A stretch of DNA of 64,000 nt from Carcharhinus longimanus (GCA_030264375.1 JASCQW010000061.1:118896150-118960149), one strand, 5' to 3'. Shown: positions 12,156-25,414, numbered from the stretch's first letter. Numbers and translations: made by a program. The notes: generated by a model from the letters alone, not told the origin.

Positions 12156-12612
12156 GGGTGGCATGATGGTACAGTGGTTAGCACTGCTGCCTGACAATGC
12201 CAGGGACCCAGTTTCAATTCCAGCCTTGGGTGACTGTCTGTGTGGAGTCTGCACGTTCTCCCTGTGTCTGTGTGGGTTTCCTCCGGGTATTCTGGTTTCC
12301 CCAGTCCAAAGGTATGCAGGTAAGGTGGATTCGCCATGCTAAATTGCCCATTCCTGAAACAGGATGTGTAGGTTAGGATTAGTTTAAGTTCAAAGTTAAT
12401 TTATCAGAGTCACAATCAGGCTTACATTATCACTGCAGTGCAGTTACTGTCAGATTATATTAATACTGCGGTGAAGTTACTGTGAAAATCCCCTTTATTT
12501 AGCAGGTTAAGTAAGTAGGGTTATGGGGATAGGGCCTGGTGCGAAGGTCTATTGGAAAGTTGGTGCAGACTAGATGGGCTGAATGGCCATCTTCTGCACT
12601 GCAAGAATTCTA
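12156..12612 (+). mobile_element. HE1-type V-SINE (tRNA head) with nested antisense tail fragment
   Basis: Head gtggttagcactgctgcc...gggacccagtttcaattcc (A/B boxes), V domain gtctgtgtggagtctgcacgttctccctgtgtctg, and tail gatgggctgaatggccatcttctgcactg. Confidence 0.88.
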
Positions 12613-13954
12613 ATAATAGAGGCAAGGTTCAAGGTGATAAGTTAGAAAATAGCACTGTTATAGAACAGACAAAAAAGTAAGGGACAGAAGAGTGTCCTTC
12701 TATTTATGGTCTACTGTTTTCTTCCCAGAGGAATTGTCTAGCACTTCATTCTGGCATACTTTCAAGGTGTAACTGCCAACATTTATCAACTTGACAATAT
12801 ATCCAAATGTAGAAAGATTAGGAACCAATGTTAGACAAAAATTGAAAATGAGGCAATATAAACTTTTTGGGAATGTATAATATGATTATCTTTAAAGTCA
12901 ATTTTGAAATATGTATTGCAATTTGTTCTTTGTGAAAATATAGAAGATAAAATTTATTACTGATATTTTTAGTTCTTAGAATTTTAGGAGACATGCAGGT
13001 CATAACAGAGTTGATGTATTGTGGCTTGCGCAGTTACCATTAGTGATATATGTACTTGGACTTGATAGGGTGATTGAATAGATTTCAACCAGTGTGGTTG
13101 TTTGGTGCAACATCCTATAATTTTAGAGGAAATTAGCATTTTTTTTCAAATTGACATTTGTTTGAATGTTAAATTGGCCAGTCAGGTTCTCTTTAGCACA
13201 TTAGTACCACTCAATCATGTGTGCATCAAGGCTAATGAAAGTTGCTTTTTAAATAATAGACTTCTGATGTAAAAATGGAGTGAAAGTGGACCGATGATCA
13301 AGTCAAGACATTTTTTCAATGCCAAAGGCTTTCATTATCCTCTGGGAAAATGATGGAATAAAGCAAAATTATTCCTTTTAAGCAGTCTTTTTATTGCAGC
13401 AGCACAAAAATGCGGAGAAGTCGATATGGTGGGGCCAATTGATTTGCTGAAGTTCTGACTATTGTAGAATAAGAATGTTGAGTTTAGAAATCTGTTCCTG
13501 AATTCAAAACTGGACAATGTGTTAGATTATCAGCATAATTTTTAATCAGTTATAGCAAATTCAGTGTTTCATAATTCAAATTTTTATGTTCCTGTTCATG
13601 TTCTAACCATACCTTCTGTAATTTAAATTATTGGGCAGTGGGACTAATTTTCTTCAAATATTTACTGTACAAGGTTTACTACAGTGTTCAAAACTCAATT
13701 ATTCTATTCTATATCAAAACATATAGATTTCTCATGTAATTGGGAAAATTCAAAAGATTGCTGTCTCCTTTGAGACCTTTTAAGACTCACCTGGTTTTCC
13801 CTATTCTCAGCACACTGAAACAGCCATACTTAATTTCTTTATTTTTCCCTCTTTAGTGATTGGGTCATTGCTCTTTAGCTGTTTTAACCTTGTATAGTGG
13901 ACTGACATTACAATATATTTCAAATTTGGCATATTTTATGACAAGTACATTGTC

Positions 13955-14360
13955 AGAATATTGTATTTGTATAGCACCTTTTATGTGCTCATAATTCTAG
14001 CCATTTGATTACTGTTAATTTGTTAGCAATCAGTTTGTGTGTATTTTGTCCCACAGGCAGTAATGAAACAACGATCAGTGACACTGTTTTGATGGTGTCG
14101 ATTGATGAATTGACATTCAGCATGATTGTAGGAAAACACCACTGCTCTCCAAGTCGTAACATGGTATATTTGGTATATACCTGAATAGGGAAGCACAGCC
14201 TTAGTTTAAAACCTTGTTGAAAAATTCCTCTGATGCAGCAATCCCGTAATATGGCACTAAAGTGATTTTAAATTATGTACACAGGCCCTAAGAAAATCTG
14301 TAAACTCGCAGCAATCTAATTTGCATGCAAGAGATTCTACCAGTGATTCAAGCTAACTAA
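13955..14360 (-). mobile_element. Old Deu-domain SINE (SacSINE1/AmnSINE1-like)
   Basis: Antisense L2-type tail ttgtatttgtatagcaccttt followed by a degenerate Deu core (cccacaggcag...ctgctctcc...gccttagtttaa...gcagcaatccc). Confidence 0.55.
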
Positions 14361-14929
14361 CCACAGTTGATAGGCAATTAGGGATGGGCAACAAATATTG
14401 GTTTTGCCAGCAAAGCACATGTCCCATGACTGAATTTAAAAGAAAGTTGAAATTTACATTTTAATTTGAGCTGTTTCTTAGCTGTATTGTTTTGTATCTT
14501 TCACTAAATTACAAATTTCCCTGTAATATCATCTCAGTTTTAGAAATGGGTGGCAGGAAAAAGTTCAAAAGGAACTAGTTTGTTGAAGCTTTAATGAAGG
14601 GCTGAGCTTTGTGATGCCGCAACTGTAGAGGGCGCATTTTCAGCACGTGTAGTTGCACCGCCTGTGATTTCAGATTTAGGGACTGAAGAGATCAGATTAT
14701 TAAAACAGCAGATCTGTAGAAAAAGCTGAAGTGGATTTGTGCAATTCTTTCTGGCTCAGAGGTCTATTTTAACCCCAGTAGAATCAAACTAAATGGCAGT
14801 CAGTAAACTCTGGTTACAAATTTGCACTACACTAGTTTCCAGACTGAAAACATGCTCATATATAGTTATGCAATATAATTTACTTCCTTAGAATTTTGCA
14901 AAGACTGATTGTGTTGTGAAAGATGAATT

Positions 14930-15298
14930 TCTATTCTTTCATGGGGTGTGGGCATCACTGACCAGGCCAGCATTTGTAGCCCATCTTTAATTGCCCTTGA
15001 ACTAAGTGGCCATTTCAGAGGATAGTTAAGAGCCAAGCACATTGCCCTGGGTCTGGAGTCAGATCAGATAGGAGATGGCAGATTTCCTTCCTTGAAGTAC
15101 ATTAGGGAACCCACATGGGTTTTTACAACAGTCAATGATAATGTCATGATCACCATTACTGAGAGTAGCTTTATATTCCAGATTGATTAATGGAACTTAA
15201 ATTCCACTGAATGCCCTGGTGGAATTTGAACCCATGTCTTCAGACCAAAAGCCTGGGCCTCTGGATTTCAAACTCAGTGGCATACATCACTGTTTCCC
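14930..15298 (-). mobile_element. tRNA-headed SINE with CR1-like tail
   Basis: Antisense B box ggaatttgaacccat at ~15221-15235. The left end carries the same tail as the CR1-like fragments at 15745, 41600 and 50730. Confidence 0.7.
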
Positions 15299-15744
15299 CT
15301 AGATTCCTGTGCATAGTGAAATGCAGTGTTATTTTGGCACTGTATCATCAGTATTGCCAGTTACACTGATCATGAGCATTGCCAGTTACATTGCAGCTTT
15401 GGAGTGGCCAGAGACTGGATCATTGCATGGCAAGGGCTTAGAACAAGGCTGGAGAGTGCCGGTGAAAGGTCACGGAGGTGGGAGTTAATAGGCCGGTGGC
15501 AGACAGGGCGTACTGGAGAAAGTGAATGAGAGAATGTCTCTACTCAGGCAACCACAAACCAGCATTGGCTGACAGACGCACGTCAGTGATGTCAGCTCTG
15601 GAGGACACAGGAGGGCTGAGTGCGTATGCACCATTGTTCCTCGTGCCTGGCTGATTACTATCACGGTTTACATATTAAAGGAGGAACAACAAACCTCTGC
15701 AAGAATTTGATTGAATCATGCGTTCTGTTTGTGTTTTTGTTATA

Positions 15745-16615
15745 GTTCTTTCATGGGGTGTTACTGGCTAGGTCAACATTTGTTGTCCATTTCTAATTGC
15801 CGTGAGAAGTTGGTGACAAGTTACTGCCTTCAACTGTTGCAGTCCACGTACTGTAGGTACACACAGTACTGTTTAGGGAGAAAATCATAGGATTTTGACT
15901 CATGGCAGTGAAGGACGAGTGATATAGTTCCAAATCAGGATGATATGTGGCTTGGAGGGGAACTTTCAGGGGTTGGTGTTCCATGCATCTGCTGCCCATC
16001 TTTCCAGGAGGTAGAGGTCATGGGTTTGCAGGTGCTTCGAAGGAGCCTTTGCGTGTCGATGCGCTGCATCTTGCACATAGTACACTGCTCCACTTGGCAT
16101 TGTGGTCAAGAGAGTGAACGTTTAAGGTGGTGGAGGGTTGCCAATCAAGCGGGGACTGCTTTGATGGTGATGCGCTTCTTGTGTGTTGTTGGAGCTGCAC
16201 TCATCCAGCAAGTGTCGTGTAATCCATCTTCTGACTTGTGCCTTCTCGATGGTCGACAGTCTTTGGGGAGTCAGGAAGTGAATTATTCGCTGCACAATTG
16301 CCAGTCTCTGACCTTTTTGTCACCACAGTAATTATATGAGTTGTATAGCCGATTTTTTCCAGTCAATGGTCATTTATAGCATGTTGATAGCGGGAGAATT
16401 CAGCAATGGTAATTTCATGTTACTTGTCACTTAAAAGCCCAAGCCTAAATGTTGACTAGATCTCCTTGCTGTATGTGAATATGAAATGGCTCAGTATTGA
16501 GGAGTTGCAAATAGCACTGAACAGTATGCAATCACCAGTGAGTATCCCCACCTCTGACCTTAATGATGGAGAGAAAATCATTGATGAAGCAATGAAAATG
16601 GTTGTCCCTTGGACT
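15745..16615 (-). mobile_element. CR1-like LINE 3' portion, decayed
   Basis: Starts with the recurring antisense tail (ttcatggggtg...ctggctaggtcaacattt...aattgccgtgagaag), collinear with the copies at 41600-43290 and 50730-52020. Confidence 0.75.
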
Positions 16616-19600
16616 TGGTAGAAATTAGAAAATTTACTGGATGTGACTGAGTGGGAATGTGGATGCATTTGCTTGGAACTTAATCTTCAGCAGTGGAAGC
16701 AAACTTTTCTTTATGGATTTGCAAAGCCTTCTATTTAAAATCCCTGAGACGTGCCTGTACTCCATAATGGTACAGTTATACAATGTAAAAGTAAATGAAC
16801 ATAAATTATTCTTAAACTCGCATTGCTGACAGAAAAGTAAACAGTACAGCAACATCCTGCTGAGAATGAGACCTTTGGAAACTCAAAAGTTATGCTGCAA
16901 GGGATTTTTGCTTCTAAGTGTGAATTTACTAATGGCCCATAGTTTCAGTTCATGGTCCTAAGTGCACACATTTGGTTCAATGTTGTTCCGACACTTCAGC
17001 ATTATGTTGTACTTTGCTTGTGCCTTCAATTATGAACTAATCTTTATAAATCTTAGTGTTAAGAAAGGAGCATGATTAGGGAACATGTTTATGGAACATG
17101 AATTCTGGCCTTCATCTACCCATGTGCACCTCTTTATCTCAACTAATTAAGTGAATTTCCCAAGTCTAAATTGTCGACTTGGGTTCCAGATAAAAGCCTT
17201 ATGGTGAAGTTTTCTTTTAGACTTCATTTTTTTTTTGTTCTTTACTTCTCTTTTAAACATGGTGAACATGCTGAGGTTCAGATCAATTTGCATCAGCAGC
17301 GTTCCAGTTCTTAAGTTGCTATTCATGTACAGATATCAACAACAACATTTTTAATTTATGTTGGACTTCCCGTGTTCAGAAAAACGTGTCAGAGAGAAAC
17401 CAACGGGCATTACAATTGACTTGGCATGTTTATGCTGTTATCAGGGTTTATTGTGTAGTGAATGATAATTTTGGACAGGACACTAATTGTTTTAGGTTCC
17501 CAATATCACTGTGGCAGCAATCAAGTTTTGGATCTTGGTCCTTCCTGATTAAAATCGTTTTTTTATGCATTTTATTCACCACTGAGCCATGGGGGAATTT
17601 CTGAAGTGACTGTTGTAGGCAAAGTCAACAGGTTCATAATGTTTCATTTCACTGTGATTTTATGTATTTAGCTGTGGATATTTTTGGGAAAGGCCTTCAA
17701 TTGTTCCCACTAACTAGGAAAAGTTACCATTATTTTGGTAACTTCAGTTTACCAAACTCGAGGGTTATTACTCTATATTTAAAATATACTTTTTAAACAA
17801 GCTTTTCGAAAAAAATGTAATTGAATCCACCTCGATCTCATCTATTTCCTGACCTGACTGTTCAAAACAATTTCCACCTAAACCACTATCCATTTGTTCT
17901 TCAAGATTTTCTGTAAATGACCCGAATGAATTCACCGTCTCCTGCAGGTGGCAGTCTATTTCATAACTTGATCAGGGTGAAGAGTATAGTCAGCGTTGTG
18001 GTTTAGCTCAGTTCTCAAACTTCTACTGTGTCCTGGTCTCCGGCTTAATGAAGTTGGACCCCACCAAGAAAAAAATCATATTTACTCAATCTTCTCCAAC
18101 TGGATCTACTCAGAGCAGAAGTAGCTGCAAAGCATCTAATGCTGTCACCCTCACCCTCCCCATTTACGTCTGTTTTGTTTGTTTTGTCTACTTGTATGTT
18201 TTATAATTAAGCACACAAACCTGGTTTATCTTGGCCTAACAAGATAAAGTAGTTATCTAGTCTGCTACCTTTTGGTTTTGCAAGGGAGACCTGTCAACTT
18301 TCTTGATTGTTTTGTTAAGCACAAACCAATGCCTTTTCTTAATTTCTTTATCTCTTCCCCTGCCCTCCTCATTTGCATCTGCCCCCTCTATCCATGCCCA
18401 CCCCCAAATCCAAATATATACTTGTAATGTTTCATTCTATGAATAAAGATAGGTTCTGGTTTCTTCTCCATTAACTGGCTATCAGTTCTTGCTATTTTAT
18501 TCATATAGTATAGGGTGCACGCTTCCTGAAATAAACTGACCACCTCCTACTTGTCTGTATTGTGAGATGGCAATTTTTAAAAATTTTAAGAGGTGTTTAC
18601 TTTACAGCTGCTCTGTTTGCATAAAGCTTTGCATTGTGTATTCTTTAATACTGCACATGGCCTCTTTCTATTAATAATGTTAGTTTGAAATGCTCTGGTA
18701 TCTTTAAGAGCCTTAGGAGGAAACCTTTTCAAAGGCAATATCTCACTTCTGTTAAATCTGACGAAACAAACATTGTCTACCGTTAAACATTCTTCTCTAT
18801 TTTTTCTGCTAGCTCTGTTGGTTCTTTCAAAAATTCAAGATCCTTCACTCTGGGCACCCATGGAAATTTAAATTGTGAAATGTTGAATTCCTTTGTAACT
18901 TGTTCATGTTGTAATGGTTTTTATTTTGAACTTGCACCATGCCACTATTCCAAATTAGTACTTCCAAAAAAGTATGTCACCCTTCCAGTATCTAATGCGT
19001 CTGTCTGTAAAAAGCACATTCAGAATGATAATGGTGGCAGCTCACTCAGATAAAATTCATTCCAATTCAACATCTTATGTCGGTAATTTAAAAATGGAAG
19101 CAATCAGGCCTCGTGTGATTTAATTTTAATGCATTGTTTAGCAGCACAGTGTAGTAATTTTATCTTTTATGCATTTATGTACAATTGCAGCATTGGTGCA
19201 GACTAATTTTGTGTCTCATCAATACTTTAGTTACTGTGTAAATGCAGTCTGCATCTTAAAATCTGACCCAATACACCAGAGCAAAGCAATGCAAGACTTC
19301 ACCTGCAAGAAAGTCAGTTTGGTTGTTAATATTGGAATGGCATCCCTTTTCCTACACCTTGTTTAACCACAGCAGTTTTTTAAAAAATCTGCTTGTCAAT
19401 CCAGTGGGTGTTTAACTGTTTACATGCTGTAGCTGTAGAAGACACAAACACACAGATTTTCTTGAGTTTTTTTAAAGGACAGAGTTCTTTATTGCACTTC
19501 ACCTAGTTTCAGTAAAATAATAAAAATTCATCTTTCATGTATGCTCATTAAGTCCAGGAAGGATTCAAGTGAAATGGTTCTTGAAGGTTGTCGTCTTGGG

Positions 19601-20354
19601 ATGGATCCCAGTTGAGCTCGTGATCTTTTTGGTTTTGGTGTTTAAGGGTGTAGACAAACATTGATCTGTTCCTCTGGAGTTCACAGCTATTCAGGTGAGT
19701 TCTTTTAAAACATCTCTGTATGCAGTTAAAAGCAGCAGGCATGGCTCAAGCTTATGAAAGTAGATGGGGACAGAGAGAGATCCACGCAGGAATCTTCAGT
19801 GCTTTTTGTTTCGAGATTGGCTCGTAATGCGTAATCTGAAGTCAATTAGTCATTTCAATGCTTTTAATGTCCACATAAATAATTCAAAGTTCTGAAGTCA
19901 TTGCTACATTCTGGGGGTGGATGGTGGTTATTCACTCCTGCTTATGATGAACTGGTTTCTCTGTAGCTCTTCGTGTTTGGTTTTGAGTTTGGAGGCACAG
20001 AGTCTGGGAATCCAGGCATTTTAATTTTTGGTAAGCCCATTGGCAGTAGAAGGTGTGGATGACAGAGATGGTTTCATCTGAGCATCCCTGTTCAAATAGG
20101 ATACACCACCCAGGCTCATTTGGTAAGAATTTTGCAGAGACTTGAGGTTATTTGAGTCTCAAGTGTCATGCTCAGCAGCTATCTTTATAGCTTTTTTTTA
20201 GTTTTTAAAACTTGGTGATTTTCAGCTCGCACATTTACTACATCATTTTTTGATAAAACATAATTCATAACAATACAATTATACTTTACAAGTGGGCGAA
20301 AAGCTGAAATCATGAAATGCTGACATTAAACTAGTAGTATAAGCACATCTTAAT

Positions 20355-20740
20355 CATAGAATCTCACTGATTGAAGGAGGCAATTCAGCCCATCATGTCC
20401 TTGTCAACTCTGAAAAAGCCAATCAGATAGCTCCACTGCACTTTGCCCACACCCTTTCCAAGCACTTATCCAAATTCCTTAATAAATTTGCTATTGGATT
20501 TGCTTCCACTCCCCTTTCAATTTGTGCATTTCAGATCATAATCTTTAAAAAGAAAATTCCCCACATCTTGTGTCTCGTTCTTTTGCCAACTGTCTTAAAC
20601 CTGTGTCCATTGGCTATTAACTGTCCTGCCAGTTGAAGCAGTTTCTCCTTATCTACTTTTAATAATCTTGGATACCTATTAAGTTATCCCTCAACCTTCT
20701 CCGCCCGCTGAAAATAATCCCAATTTCTCTAATCTCTGTG
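20355..20740 (-). mobile_element. CR1 LINE 3' end, decayed
   Basis: atcatagaatctcac...gaaggaggcaattcagcccatc tail and ...tcttaaacctgtgtcc... ORF2 end on the antisense strand. Confidence 0.65.
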
Positions 20741-22734
20741 TACACTTCTAAATCACAATGCTGCAAGTATAAAATTAATCTTGTATATATTTATACAGTG
20801 ATTAAAGTCACCATGCATTGTTATGGGGATAGACACAGTCCTCTGCAGCCATGAGCGAGAGTCCAGAAAACTGTGTTGCTTATGTGCTATCAGGGTTCGG
20901 GACATCTTCTCTGGGTTGGAGTGGAAGGAGGAGGATTCAGTGGCCATAATCTACATGGGTGTCAGTAGCATGGGTAGGACCATGAAGAAAATTCTGCTTA
21001 GAGAGGGAGTTAGGATATAAATTAAAAAGCAGAACCTCAAAGGTAAGCCACAAGTAAATGGCATAGGGATAAATGAGATTAGAGAGTTAAATGTGTGGCT
21101 CAGAAGATTGTTGTGGAAGAAGTGGGTTTTGATTTCCGGGGCAATGCTTCAGTATTGGTGAATGTGGGAGATGTACGTTTGGAACATTGCTCACCTCAAA
21201 CCATGCTGGGACTTATGTTCTGACAAGTTGTCTAACTGGGGTAGTGGAGAAGGCTATGAATAAAATAGTGTTGTTGAGGTAAAGTGTGATAAACTGAAAA
21301 GAGAGAAGGAGGAGGTAAGAGAACAGGATAGCAATAAGGGAGATGGTTATCAGAAATGTGGCAGGAAGGGACGGTGTACAAATATAATGGTGCACCAGCA
21401 GTTAAGGCTAGAGATGGTAAAATTAATAAGATGAAATTAAAGGCATTCTGTCTAAATGCATGCAGCATTTGAAACAAGTTGGAGGAATTGACAGCACAAA
21501 TAGAAGTAAATAGATAAAGCTGATTGCCATTACAGAAACATGGCTGCAGTATGAGCTGAGGTTGGAGGTTGAAAGTTGAAGCATATTTGTCGTTTAGGAA
21601 GGAGAGGTAAAAAGGAAAAATAGGTGACGCTGCGCTGATAATAAAGGAATAAGTGAGTGCATTAGTGAGAGAGGATCTTAGATCAAAAAAAATCAAGACA
21701 TAGAATCAGTTTGCTTGGAGCAACCAAACAGCAAGGGGCAGCAAACTTTGATAGGACCTGTTTATAGGTCACCAAGTTCTAGTAGTAATGTGTATGGCAT
21801 GGTATAAATCAGGAAGTGAAAGGTGCATGTAACAAGGAAAACACAATATCCATGGGTGACTTCAATTTACACGCAGAACAGGTAAACCTAATTAGCAGTA
21901 ATGCTGAGGACAAATTCCTAGAATGTATATGCAGTGTATTTTTTTTACAATAGTATGTTGAGGAACCAGTTAGAGAATGAGCCATTTTAGATCTAGTATT
22001 GTGCAGTGAGAAAGGAATAATTCATAATCTTGTTGTGAAGAAGCCTTTAGGGTAGAGTGATCATAATATGCTAAAAATTTCGTGCCGTTTGAAACTGATG
22101 CCAGAGAAATGTTGATAGCATGAAAATATCGGGGAAATCCAATAAATTGGAATGTTCTACATTAGTTGTTTTAAAAAAAACTATTGGAAAATGTAAGCTG
22201 TTTTAAGACAGGGACAGTTTGGTTATGCTAACAGAACTAGTGCTTTTGATACGTTGACGAGCGTAGCAACACTGCAAACAGATGTTTACCTAAGGTAAGC
22301 TGGTATCAATGGGGAACAGAAAATAACGGGTTTGGATAAGGTGTTAAAAGTGCAAAGGAAGAGACAAGATGTTAACTTTACATTTACATTCTCATGAAAC
22401 GAAGATAATTAAGTGACTTCTGAAGAGGTTGGTTCAGATAAGGGAAGATCAAAAGGGAAAATTTGTATATTAGGAGATGATTAAACCTATTCAAGTGTAG
22501 ATGCTTTAGACTTCAGCCACAGCAAGAGTAGCTGATAATTCCCAGAAGGTCTGTGAAGAGAGCCTGTCTTGAGAAACCAGTTGTTGGTTTTACCTCAGAA
22601 ACAAAGCCTACAGAGATGTAACTGTCCAGTGTGGTAGCTATTCTAGATTTTGATAATAATTTTAAAACATCTATATGATGTTGTGAAATGCTCGGGGAGT
22701 GTTAGTACTGAAGGTAATGAAATAAAGGTGTTTG

Positions 22735-23350
22735 GAACATTCCTTGTTTCAGTACTACTCGGGCCTGCTCCCTCAACTCTTTTTCTTTTGCATTGATGAC
22801 TCTATTGGTGCCGTTTCATTCTCTCACCTTGACCTGGAAAAATTTATCGATTTTATTTTTGCTTTCAATTTCCACCTTTCACGTGCTCCATTTTGACGGT
22901 TTCCTTCCCTGACCTTTCTCTCAGTTTCTGGTGATAGACTGACCCAGTAAAAAGTCTGACAACACCAGGTTTAGTCCAACCGATTTATTTGATAGTAAAC
23001 GCACAAGCTTTCGAATACTGACCACCAGTATTCATTACAAACTCACTGACTCCCACAGCTATCTCAACTTCAGCTCCGTATACTCTGATTCCTGTAAGGA
23101 CTCCATCCCATTTTCCCAGTTCCTCCGCCTTCCTCGAATCTATTCTGATGATGCCCTTTCCACAATGATGAAAATTGTGCTTCTGACANNNNNNNNNNNN
23201 NNNNNNNNNNNNNNNNNNNNNNNNNNNNNNNNNNNNNNNNNNNNNNNNNNNNNNNNNNNNNNNNNNNNNNNNNNNNNNNNNNNNNNNNTTTTTGGTTTCC
23301 GGCTCTTCGCCCCCCCCCCCCCCGCTTCCAAATTCATCCTCTGTCATTTC
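22735..23350 (+). mobile_element. Penelope-like RT fragment nested in CR1
   Basis: SLFQYYSGLLPQLFFFCIDDSIG (YIDD-type RT motif) and ..SIHYKLTDSHSYL.., typical of Penelope RT; spans a 100-N gap. Confidence 0.75.
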
Positions 23351-24267
23351 CACCAACCCCATGGCCAACAAGAGAAGTTAAAGATTCTCTTAGATCAAAA
23401 GAAGAGGTCTATAAAGTTACCAATAAAAGTAACGAGCCTGAGGGATTGGGAGCGTTTTAAATTTCAGCAAGGAGAACCAAAAATTGATAGAGAAAGAGAA
23501 AATAGAATATGAAAGTAAACTACTGAGACAATAAAAACTGACTGCAAAAGCTTCTGTGGGTATGTAAAAAGGAAAAGGTTAATGAAAAAGTATATGGGCC
23601 CATTACAGGCAGAGTGTGTAGATTTATAACGGGCAAAATGGAAATGACAGAGAAACTCCAATACTTTGTGTGTCTTCGTGGAGGAAAATAGCTCCCATGA
23701 AATATTAGGAAGTCAAGGAGCTGATGAAATTGAGAACCTGAAAGAAATTAGTATAAATAAAAAAGAAATGCTGGAGAAATTAATGTGACTGGAAGTTGAT
23801 AAATACCCTGGTCCAGGTGATCGACACCTCAGTGTAAATAAAGGTAGCTGTAGGGAGAGGGGATGCATTGATGGTCATCTTTCAGATTTCTATAGATTCT
23901 GGACCAGTGTCTGTTGATTGTAAGGTAGCAAATGTAACCCCACTATTTAAGAAAGGAATAGAGAAAACAGGAAATTTAGGGAACTGTTAGCCTCAGGTCA
24001 GTAGTTGGGAAAATGATAAGTATCTATTATGAAGGTTATGATTATTGAACAGAAAGAAAATAACAATAGGATTGGGCAGAATCAGCACAGCTTTATGAAA
24101 GGGAAGTCACGTTTGTCAAACCAGCTAGAATTTTCTAAAGATGTTACTAACTGGTTAGATAAGGGAAAACCAGTGCTTGTGATGTGTGTGGATTTTAGGA
24201 AAACTTTTGATAAGTCCTTGTGTAAAAGATTAGTAAGAAAAATGGGGGCAGATGTGATTGGGGGTGA

Positions 24268-24612
24268 GGCAGCATATTAGCGCAGTGGTTAGCTCTGCTG
24301 CCTCATAGCTCTGGGGACTCAGGACTCAGGTTTGATTCCAGCCTCGGCTGTCTTTCTCTATGGAGTTTACACATTCTCCCCATGTCTATATGGGTTTTTG
24401 TTTGATGCTCCAGTTTTCTTGGGCAGTCCAAAGATGTCCAGGTTAGATGGATGAGCCATGTTAAATTGGCCCTTACTTTGTGTGAGTATAAATATGTGCC
24501 CTGTGATGAACCGGCATCCTATCCTGGGTGTACTCCAGCTAACAGCCAGCGCCTGTCAGGATAGGTTCCGACTCCCTGTGACCTTGAATTACAGTGAGCA
24601 GTTAGTGAAAGT
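24268..24612 (+). mobile_element. V-SINE (HE1-like head) with a different, teleost-like tail
   Basis: Head gcgcagtggttagctctgctgcctc plus V domain. Tail tgtgccctgtgatgaaccggcatcctatcctgggtgtactcc...ggataggttccgactccctgtgacc. CR1 sequence gattgggg repeats on both sides. Confidence 0.75.
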
Positions 24613-24668
24613 GAAGGGATTGGGGTCATGTACTGGCACGGATAAGGATCAGCTAAGACACAGAAAAC

Positions 24669-25414
24669 TGCTCGATTTTACCATCAAATGGGCACAAAAA
24701 CTTGGTAAAGTGGTGGGTAGCGCAATCCGCACCCAGCCCCTGCGCCGGTTTTCCCCTTTACCAGGACCTGAAAATGGCCATGATTGGGACTGCGCCCGAA
24801 ACGGTCGTGGCAACCATTTAAATGCATTTACATGCACTTAAATTGACTTAATGAGCTTCACACCCAGCCTTACCGGCACTTTCCCTTTTACCATCATGGT
24901 TGCTCATCCAGAATTGGTGTGAAACAGACATGTTCTACAAAAGTCCAATTTGGGTGCTCCAGTCAGTGACGAGATAAGTGCTGACTACCACTCTGCCTGA
25001 GATCAAAGAGGGGTAAGGGGGGATCTGCTGCTACTCTGCCTGAAATTGGTGGGGGTTGGGAAAGGGGAAAGGGGCCCGCGATTGGTCTGGGTGGCGAAGG
25101 GGATGGGGAAATAAGAGGGTCAGTAAAGTGAGGGCCAAGGGAAGGCATTATCCGGCCCTAAAGCAATGTGGCAGGGGAGCCGCGTTCTATCTTTTTTCCT
25201 GCGCGTATGTGTTTGGAGGTGCCGATCAGAGCTGCAGGATTTTGGACATGTTAAACCCCACCCACAGACTTCTGCAGCGCGATTCGGAATTGCTGATATT
25301 TTTTCAGGCAGGGTGCGTATGGGGATGCCTGAGAACGGGTCTAAAAGTTGGATCTGAAACATTCCCAGTTTCAAGTCCGCCCAGCACTTTGAATCAAAAT
25401 GGTAAAATAGGGCA
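24669..25414. mobile_element. GC-rich MITE-like DNA element nested in CR1
   Basis: Terminal inverted repeats gctcgattttaccat (24670-24684) and atggtaaaatagggc (25399-25413), 13/15 match; no coding content. Confidence 0.7.

Noticed and set aside
12156-12225. tRNA genes at SINE heads (also 33335 and 55480-55550)
   Set aside because: A/B boxes belong to tRNA-derived SINE heads that continue into the V domain; no complete cloverleaf.
19197-19253. Possible pre-miRNA hairpin
   Set aside because: Only the 8-bp outer stem pairs; the 41-nt interior does not.
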